Made by a program: the position numbers and the translations under genes. A DNA stretch of 64,000 nucleotides from Deltaproteobacteria bacterium (GTDB taxonomy: Bacteria; Myxococcota; Myxococcia; Myxococcales; 40CM-4-68-19): contig VBLC01000036.1 of the NCBI GenBank assembly GCA_005879315.1, forward strand, positions 22,002 through 86,001. Reading direction: 5' to 3'. Within the stretch, counting starts at the first letter, position 1. Each line of letters opens with the position of its first letter. Below the pieces are notes generated by a model. The model had not been told where the DNA came from, made no database searches, and saw only the letters and a list, made by a program, of their open reading frames with translations. Shown here one piece after another: positions 9,535 to 16,390 of the stretch.

Positions 9535-10490
9535 GTCTCCAGAAGCGGCGCGAGCGCGTCGAGATCGAGGGAGAAACCGACGGCCGGCCGCGGATCGCCG
9601 AAACGCCCCAAGAGGCTGTCGTAGCGGCCGCCGCCGCCGACCGGCCGCGGCGAGCCGGGCGCGTAGAGATTGAAGACGATGCCGGTGTAGTAGCCGAGGC
9701 CGCGCACTTCGCCCAGATCGATCTCCAGATCTCCTCTGGCGAGGCGGAGGGTGGCTCCGATGCGCTGCAGGGCGGCGCGCGCCTCCTCGCTCGGCGCCAG
9801 CGACTCCGCTTGCGCGAGGAGCTGCGCGGCCTGCGTCTGCGGCCGGGGCGGCTGCGCGAGCATGAGAATGGCTTTTCGAGCCGGACCGTCCGCCACCTCG
9901 CGCTCGCAGAGCGAGCGGAGCATGGGCAGGTCCTTGCGATCGACGGCGTCGCTCAGCGCCCGCGCCAGCCGCTCCGAGGCGCCCGCGGCCTGCACCAGCG
10001 CAGCGAAATAGCCCATCGTGCCCAGCGAAATGCGCGCCGAGCGGAGGCCGAGGGCGCTCATCGCAGCGGAGGCGAGCGAGAGGATCTCGGCGTCGGCCTC
10101 GGGTCCCGCCGCGCCCACCAGCTCGCAGCCGGCCTGGAGCCGCTCGTAGACTGGCCCGCTGTCAGGAGCGATCCGCCGCACCACGCTCCCGCGGTAGTAG
10201 AGCCGCAGCGGCGACATCCCCGAGAGCCTGGTCGCGGCGATGCGCGCCACCTGCGCGGTGAAGTCGGCGCGCAGCGCGATCAGCCGCCCGCCGCGGTCGA
10301 GCGCGCGGAAGGCTTCCGGACCGAAGACGTCGGCGCTCTCGATGGCGGGAGGGATGACCTCGGCGTAGTGCGCGGCTTCGAAGACGCGGCAGAGCGCGGC
10401 CTCGCAGCGGCGCAGCCGGCGGGCCGCCTCGAAGAGCAGGTCCTGGGTGCCGGGCAGCGGAGCGGCAGGCTGTTGTCCGTCGGCGGGCAT
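9531..10490 (-). CDS. hisZ: ATP phosphoribosyltransferase regulatory subunit
   Basis: PLPGTQDLL, LRADFTAQVAR, QAGCELVG, DLGEVRGLGYYTG, GGGRYD, AVGFSLDLD. HisRS-like fold, upstream of a short hisG. Confidence 0.92.
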   Translation of the reverse strand: MPADGQQPAAPLPGTQDLLFEAARRLRRCEAALCRVFEAAHYAEVIPPAIESADVFGPEAFRALDRGGRLIALRADFTAQVARIAATRLSGMSPLRLYYRGSVVRRIAPDSGPVYERLQAGCELVGAAGPEADAEILSLASAAMSALGLRSARISLGTMGYFAALVQAAGASERLARALSDAVDRKDLPMLRSLCEREVADGPARKAILMLAQPPRPQTQAAQLLAQAESLAPSEEARAALQRIGATLRLARGDLEIDLGEVRGLGYYTGIVFNLYAPGSPRPVGGGGRYDSLLGRFGDPRPAVGFSLDLDALAPLLET

Positions 10491-10499
10491 GAAGGCGGC

Positions 10500-10505
10500 A
10501 TTGTA
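10500..10505 (-). promoter_or_regulatory. putative -10 box of the his operon (near-leaderless)
   Basis: The minus strand reads TACAAT-gccgccttc-ATG (hisZ start 10490). No Shine-Dalgarno and no clear -35. Confidence 0.5.
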
Positions 10506-10578
10506 ACTGAGAGGAGCGCAGGCTCGCAGCGAAGGGCGCGGCGATTCCGTCGCGGTTTGGACCTCGCGCGCTGATGAG

Positions 10579-11613
10579 ATGCGCTCTAGTCTCTCGCGCG
10601 TGGCTCTCCTCTACCGCCTGCTCCGGCCGCTCTTCTTCTTGCTCGACGCGGAGCTGGCTCACTCGCTGGTGGCCGCCTTTCTCTGGCTCTGGGCGCGGGT
10701 CTGGCCGCGGCCGCGGCGTCGGGCGCTGCTGGCGCAGAAATTGTGGGGCCTCGACTTCCCCACGCCGGTCGGGCTGGCCGCGGGCATGGACAAAGGGCAG
10801 ATCCTCGCGCCCGCCTGGTTCCGGCTCGGCTTCGGCTTCGTCGAGATCGGCACCATCACGCCGCGGCCGCAGCCGGGAAACCCCAAGCCGCGCCTCTTCC
10901 GGCTGCGCGAGCAGGGCGCGCTCGTCAACCGGATGGGCTTCAACAACGACGGCGCCGAGAGGACCGCCGCCCGCCTGCGCCGCCTGCCTCGGCAGCCCGG
11001 CCCGATCCTGATCAACATCGGCCGCAACAAGGAGACGCCGAACGAGCGCGCCGCCGACGACTACCTGACTGCCTTTCGCGCCCTCGCGCCGCTCGCCGAC
11101 GGCGTGGTCATCAACGTCTCGAGCCCGAACACTCCCGGACTCCGCGACTTGCAGGCCGACATCGGCTCCTTGGTCAAGGCCATCGTCGCGGCGCGGACGG
11201 GGCAGATGCCGGTCCTGGTCAAGCTCTCCCCGGACGAGGACCGGCCGGAAGAGATCGCCGAAGCAGCCGTCGCCGCCGGCGCCGACGGCATCGTCGCCAC
11301 CAACACGACGATCGATCCTGCAGGACGAGAGACGGGCGGACTCTCCGGCGCGCCGCTCAAGGAGAAGGCATTGCGAGCCTGCGCGCGCATCTACCGCCAG
11401 GTGGGCAGGCGCGTTCCCATCATCGGCGTGGGCGGCATCGCCAGCGCGGAGGATGCCTACGCGCGCATCCGCGCAGGCGCCTCGCTCGTCGAGATCTACA
11501 CGGCGCTCGTCTACCAGGGTCCGCGCGCCGCGCGCGACATCTCAGAGGGCCTCGCGCGCCTGCTCGCGCGCGACGGCCTGTCGCTCGGCGAAGCGGTCGG
11601 CCGCGACGCCTGA
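10579..11613 (+). CDS. pyrD: quinone-dependent dihydroorotate dehydrogenase (class 2)
   Basis: PVGLAAGMDK, GFGFVEIGTITPRPQPGNPKPRLFRL, NRMGFNNDG, INIGRNK, INVSSPNTPGLR, GGLSG, IIGVGGI, IYTALVYQGP. Confidence 0.97.
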   Translation: MRSSLSRVALLYRLLRPLFFLLDAELAHSLVAAFLWLWARVWPRPRRRALLAQKLWGLDFPTPVGLAAGMDKGQILAPAWFRLGFGFVEIGTITPRPQPGNPKPRLFRLREQGALVNRMGFNNDGAERTAARLRRLPRQPGPILINIGRNKETPNERAADDYLTAFRALAPLADGVVINVSSPNTPGLRDLQADIGSLVKAIVAARTGQMPVLVKLSPDEDRPEEIAEAAVAAGADGIVATNTTIDPAGRETGGLSGAPLKEKALRACARIYRQVGRRVPIIGVGGIASAEDAYARIRAGASLVEIYTALVYQGPRAARDISEGLARLLARDGLSLGEAVGRDA

Positions 11614-12504
11614 GAGCGAACCGAAGAGGATCCGCGCCGCCGCCATCACCGCGAGGGCAATGCCCAGCCCGATGAAGATGTCGATCAGGTAGTGATGATT
11701 GAGATAGACGGCGGCGAAGCAGATGAGCAGGAAATAGGCGATCGCCACCAGGCGGAACCTGCGCAGATGCCAGCCATAGACCATGGCGAGGAACGGATAG
11801 ACCACGTGCAGGCTGGGGATCGCGCCGAACACGTCCGCGCTCTTGCCGTAGAAGCCGCGCATGATGGGCAGGCCGACGAGCGTATCGAAGCGGAGAGCTC
11901 CGGCGGCGGAAGCGCGCACGCTCATGTCCACCGCGAAGCCGTGGTCGGTCACGTACCAGGGCGGGGCGGCCGGATAGATGTAGTAGCAGCTGAAGCCGAT
12001 GAAGTTGGCGATGACGAAGATCCAGGTGAAGCGCACGCCGCGCCGCTCCTCGCCGGTGAGCAAGAAATAGATGCTGAGGACGATGCATTCGCCGATGAAG
12101 AAGAGGGGCGTGTAGGCGAGCCCGCAGATGAAATCGAGCGCCGCGCTGGTGTGCTGCTGGAACCATTCGTTCGGGGTCTGGCCGTGGATGCCGAAGAAGC
12201 GCAGGTCGAAGTCGTACGGCTCGCGCACGTGGATGATGGGCGAGCGGATGTAGTCCTCGTACCAGCGCATCGAGTCGTAGACGAGGCCGTAGAGCAGATA
12301 GGGAAGACCGATCCTGGCGATGCGGCGGCTGCTCTCGCTCCACAGAGAGAGCGCGAGCGCGAGGGCGACCAGGAGGAGATGCTCCGGCCCCAGCCCGCCC
12401 AGCGCGAGAAGGACCGCGAGATAGACGGTGCCGAAGATCGGCACCCAGACGGTGAAGAACTTCGGCGCGGCGCGGATCTGTTCCGGATGGGGCCGCAGAT
12501 CCAT
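11542..12504 (-). CDS. Aur1/inositol-phosphorylceramide-synthase-like PAP2 membrane phosphotransferase
   Basis: C-terminal part of track ORF 11542..14925. Multi-TM protein with YPAAPPWY, FGAIPSLH and VYLNHHYLID, matching the conserved Aur1/Ipt1 (PAP2_3) motifs including the His/His/Asp triad. Start overlaps the MMPL stop. Confidence 0.88.
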   Translation of the reverse strand: MDLRPHPEQIRAAPKFFTVWVPIFGTVYLAVLLALGGLGPEHLLLVALALALSLWSESSRRIARIGLPYLLYGLVYDSMRWYEDYIRSPIIHVREPYDFDLRFFGIHGQTPNEWFQQHTSAALDFICGLAYTPLFFIGECIVLSIYFLLTGEERRGVRFTWIFVIANFIGFSCYYIYPAAPPWYVTDHGFAVDMSVRASAAGALRFDTLVGLPIMRGFYGKSADVFGAIPSLHVVYPFLAMVYGWHLRRFRLVAIAYFLLICFAAVYLNHHYLIDIFIGLGIALAVMAAARILFGSLSGVAADRFAERQAVAREQAREAL

Positions 12505-14957
12505 CACGCCTCCTGCAGCACCGCCGCGCGCCGCTGCCGCAGGGAGAGGACCGCCGGAAGGGCGAAGAGCGCCGCCGAGAGGCAGGTCACTTCGCCCACC
12601 ACGGCGGTGAGCCCGAAGCTCTGGATGGCCTGGTTGTCGGCGGTCACCAGCGTAGCGTAGCCGATGATGGTGCTGAGCGAGCAGAGCGCCACCGCGCCGC
12701 CGGAGGAGGCCAGCGCCTCTTCCACGGTGCCGGCCTGTCGATAACGTTGGTAGAGATTGACAGCGTAATCGACGCCGATTCCAAAGGTGATCGGCAAGAC
12801 TGCAAAATTGACGAAATTCAGCTTGAGCGAGAGCAGCGTCATCGCTCCTGCCATCCAGAGGACGCCGAGCGTGAGCGAACCCACCACCCAGCCGGTGTCG
12901 CGCCAGCTGCGCATGATGAGAAAGGTGAGCAAGGCGACCGCGAGAAAGCTCAGCGAGGCGGTGAGCGCGCCATCGTTGGTGATGGCCGCGACGATCTCGG
13001 TGGTGAGGACGATCTGCCCGGCGATGCGCGCCGCCGGGTCGGCTTTCAGCGCCGCCTCGCGAACCGCGCGCGTATGGGCCATCTGCGCCTTGCCGTTGGA
13101 CGCGTCGGTCGCGAGCGTCGGATAGACGAGCACGATGCGCCCGCGCTGGCCGTCCTTCTCGACGAAAGCCCGGGTGAGCCGGTCGGGAACGTCCGCGAAC
13201 TGGACCGGCTCGAGCCGGGTCTTCTCGCGCAGCCGCCGCACCTCGGGCGAGAGCTCGCTGCGCGGCCGCTTGTCGAGAAGCGAGAAGATCTCGCGCAACA
13301 GCTCGAGCTTCTGCGGCTGCTTCGGGGGAAGGAACGACTGCAGTGTGAGAACCGAGTCGATGGTGCCCGAAGGCCCCTCCTGGTCCTTCTCCTTCTCCAT
13401 CGCCGTCGCCACCGCCTGCGCGCTCGAGGTCGAGTCGGTGAGCACCACGGTCGGCGTCTGGTAGGACTGCAAGACCGCATCGACATGCTTGTCCCAGAAT
13501 GCCGCGCCCTGGGTGAGCCCGGACCGGCTGCCCAGCTTGCGGAAGTCGTACTGGATGGGGTCCTCGGCGAACTTCACCGCGGCATAGACGGAGCCGAGCG
13601 CGAGCACGGCCGTGAGGACGACCGGCAGCGCCGGCTTCTTCAGCAACAGCTGCCCGTAAGGCCCCGCCACCCAGCCCACCGCGCGCCCGTTGCGCCGCGA
13701 AAGATTGCGGAAGGGCCAGTAACGTTCCTGCAGGACGATGAGCGGCGGCATGAGCGCATAGGTGGCGGTCCAGCAGAAGAGCATGCCGAAGAAGCCCATG
13801 AAGGCGAATTGATTGAAGCCGCGGAAGCTGACCACGCCGAGCGATCCGTAGCTCGCCGCAGCCGCGGAGCTGGCCGCGAACGTCGCCACCCAGGTGGTGC
13901 GCAGCGCGACCGGCAGCGCCTTGTCCGCTGCGCTGCCATTGCGCCGCTCCTCGATGTATCGGGCGAAAAGGATGATGCCGGCATTGATGCCGTTGCCGAC
14001 GATGATGCTGCCGAGAAAAGCCGTATTTGGATTCAGATAGTGAATGACGCCACGGGAGAGAGCGAAGGTGAGCGAGACGCCGGTGAAGAGTGGCAGGACG
14101 AGGAGCGGCACCGCCCGCAGCGTGCGGTAGTACGCGACCAGCGCCAGGCCCACCAGCAGGAGCACCAGCGCGCTCGACACCAGCAGATCCCTCACCAGTG
14201 CCTGCTGCGCCTCGATGACGCCTTTCACCTCGCCGCCGTAACCGATGCGGATGCTGGGATGGAAGCTCTTTGGGTCGAGCCCGCGCACGGCGGTGTCGAC
14301 GGCCTCGAAGATGCGCTCGTCTTCGGTCAGGCCCACGGCTGCTCCGGGCGGAGAGATGAGCATCACCAGCGTGTGTCCGCCCTCGCCCGCGAGATAGCCG
14401 TCGGGAAAGCGATCGACGCGCGAATAGGCAGACTTGATCCGGCCCACCATCTCCTCGAACGTCGGCCCTGGCGCGGTCTCCGCCTCGTCGGCGATCTCGA
14501 CCAGCAGCGGATTTGCCTGGGCCAGCCGCGCGCGCAGCGCATCGCGCGCCATCTGCAGATCGCGGAGGTCGGCGTAGAGCGCGCCGTGGCGGTCGAGGAA
14601 CTCCCTCTCCGCGTCGACCCGCCAGTGCACGCGAGCGACCAGCGAAGGGGGCAGCGCCTTCAGCCGCTTGGCCACCGCATCGACGAAACGCTCGCCGGCC
14701 TTCAAGTCGTCCGTCCGCACGACCAGCGCCAGGCTGGAGAGCCCGCCGATGCGTTTCTCCAGCTCTTCCAGGCCGACCGCTGCCGGGGCGCCGTGAGGCA
14801 AGAGCTCGCGCAAGTCGGTGCGCAGATCGCCGTAGAGGCGCGCGGCGAAGGGAAGGCAGACGGCAAAGACAGCGATGCCGAAGAACGCGATCTCCCACGG
14901 CCGCCGCAGCGAGAGCGCGGCCCACCAGGTCCAGAAGCGGGCGAGACGCGATTCCAC
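12504..14957 (-). CDS. MMPL/RND family lipid transporter
   Basis: 817 aa with two repeats of TM + periplasmic loop + TM bundle. Repeat 2 has GIGVDYAVNL and repeat 1 has GNGINAGIIL. Confidence 0.9.
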   Translation of the reverse strand: MESRLARFWTWWAALSLRRPWEIAFFGIAVFAVCLPFAARLYGDLRTDLRELLPHGAPAAVGLEELEKRIGGLSSLALVVRTDDLKAGERFVDAVAKRLKALPPSLVARVHWRVDAEREFLDRHGALYADLRDLQMARDALRARLAQANPLLVEIADEAETAPGPTFEEMVGRIKSAYSRVDRFPDGYLAGEGGHTLVMLISPPGAAVGLTEDERIFEAVDTAVRGLDPKSFHPSIRIGYGGEVKGVIEAQQALVRDLLVSSALVLLLVGLALVAYYRTLRAVPLLVLPLFTGVSLTFALSRGVIHYLNPNTAFLGSIIVGNGINAGIILFARYIEERRNGSAADKALPVALRTTWVATFAASSAAAASYGSLGVVSFRGFNQFAFMGFFGMLFCWTATYALMPPLIVLQERYWPFRNLSRRNGRAVGWVAGPYGQLLLKKPALPVVLTAVLALGSVYAAVKFAEDPIQYDFRKLGSRSGLTQGAAFWDKHVDAVLQSYQTPTVVLTDSTSSAQAVATAMEKEKDQEGPSGTIDSVLTLQSFLPPKQPQKLELLREIFSLLDKRPRSELSPEVRRLREKTRLEPVQFADVPDRLTRAFVEKDGQRGRIVLVYPTLATDASNGKAQMAHTRAVREAALKADPAARIAGQIVLTTEIVAAITNDGALTASLSFLAVALLTFLIMRSWRDTGWVVGSLTLGVLWMAGAMTLLSLKLNFVNFAVLPITFGIGVDYAVNLYQRYRQAGTVEEALASSGGAVALCSLSTIIGYATLVTADNQAIQSFGLTAVVGEVTCLSAALFALPAVLSLRQRRAAVLQEA

Positions 14958-14966
14958 GCCGCTTCC

Positions 14967-16304
14967 CTAGCGGGCCCCGTGGCGGCGCGCCACCACCTCG
15001 ACGGCCTCGCGCAACAGGGCAAGGCCGGCCAGCGCCGTCTCCTGGTCGATGGTCAGAGCCGGCTGCAGGCGGATGGCGTGCGTGTAGCTCATTGCCAGAA
15101 GCCCGCGGCGCAGTCCCTCCTGGAAGATCTCCTGGCAGATCTTCTTCGGCAGGGGCTCCTTGGTGTTGCGATCGGCGACCAGCTCGACGCCGAGCAACAG
15201 TCCCTCGCCGCGCACGTCGCCCACCCAGCGGAGCCGGTCGGGCCAGCTGCGCAATTCCAGGAGCATCGCGGCTCCCACCTCGCGCACGTTTTCCAGGACA
15301 TGCTCTTTTTGCAAAGTCTCGATCGAAGCCAGCGCTGCCGCCGCCGCGAGCGGATTGCCGCCGTAGGACGAAGACGAGCCGCTCTGGTTGCTCCAGGGCT
15401 TGGCCTGCGCCACCTCCGCTTTCGCCACCAGGCCGCTGATGGGAAATCCCGAGCCGAACCCCTTGCCGATGGTGATGACGTCGGCCGTTACTCCGCTGCG
15501 CTCGCTGGCGAACCAGCGGCCGGTGCGGCCGAAGCCGGTGATCATCTCGTCGGCGATGAAGACCGCGCCGTGCTCGCGCGCCATCTCCTGCGCCCGCTGC
15601 ATGAACTCGGGAGGCGGCACGACGTTGCCGGCGGTGCCCTGGATCGGCTCGATGATCACTGCGGCCAAAGAGCCGGTGGTCGCCTGGTTGAGCTGTTCGC
15701 GCGCCAGATCCGCGCAGGCGACGCCGCAGCTGGGATACTTGAGCTTCAAAGGGCAGCGATAGCAGTTGGCGTACGGCAACAGGTGGCCGGGCGGCAGCGG
15801 CCCGTAGGTGCGCGCATTTCCCGAGCCGTTGACCGCGAGCGTCCCGGCGGTCTTGCCGTGGAAAGCGCCCCAGAAGCCGGCGACTTCGTGCTTGCCGGTG
15901 TAGTTCTTGGCGAGGCGGAAGGCGCTCTCCACCGCCTCGGCCCCGCTCGAATAGAGCTGCACCTTGTCGACGCCCGAAGGCGTCAGCTTGGCCACTTCAT
16001 TGATCAGCTGCGCGCGCGGCGCGCTGGTGAAAGAGCCGACCGTCGCCTTGTCGATCTGCTCGTGCAGCGCCTTGCGATAGGCGGGATGGCAGTGCCCGAG
16101 CGCGTTGACGCCGATGCCGCCGATCAGGTCGACATAGCGGTTGCCGTCGACGTCCTCGATGACGCTGCCCTCTGCGCGTTCGACCGCGATGCCGCTCGAG
16201 AGCGCGAATCCTTGCAGGCCCGGAGCCAGGTGCTGCTGCTCGAAGCGCACCAGCTCTCGCGACTTCGGGCCGGGGATCTCCGTCTGGATGTGCGGTGCCT
16301 TCAC
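14967..16304 (-). CDS. class III PLP-dependent aminotransferase-family enzyme
   Basis: C-terminal part of track ORF 14967..18569 from GTG 16304: DVDGNRYVDLIGGIGVNALGH, SSGAEAVE, FHGKT, IEPIQGTAG, FIADEMITGFGRTG, IGKGFGSG (PLP Lys), VRGEGLLLGVEL. Confidence 0.93.
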   Translation of the reverse strand: MKAPHIQTEIPGPKSRELVRFEQQHLAPGLQGFALSSGIAVERAEGSVIEDVDGNRYVDLIGGIGVNALGHCHPAYRKALHEQIDKATVGSFTSAPRAQLINEVAKLTPSGVDKVQLYSSGAEAVESAFRLAKNYTGKHEVAGFWGAFHGKTAGTLAVNGSGNARTYGPLPPGHLLPYANCYRCPLKLKYPSCGVACADLAREQLNQATTGSLAAVIIEPIQGTAGNVVPPPEFMQRAQEMAREHGAVFIADEMITGFGRTGRWFASERSGVTADVITIGKGFGSGFPISGLVAKAEVAQAKPWSNQSGSSSSYGGNPLAAAAALASIETLQKEHVLENVREVGAAMLLELRSWPDRLRWVGDVRGEGLLLGVELVADRNTKEPLPKKICQEIFQEGLRRGLLAMSYTHAIRLQPALTIDQETALAGLALLREAVEVVARRHGAR

Positions 16305-16390
16305 CGAAACCTCGTTGAAGAGTTCGATTCCCGAGCTGCGTTCCCGTCGCGCGGGCACGTTTAGCACGAAGAAGGGTCGAACTTCTCGAC

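Noticed and set aside
16320-16390. Weak hairpin and possible internal promoter between the fusion gene and the aminotransferase
   Set aside because: The stem is short (GAGAAG/CTTCTT), with no clear U-tract and a poor -35/-10 match. Not enough to call.
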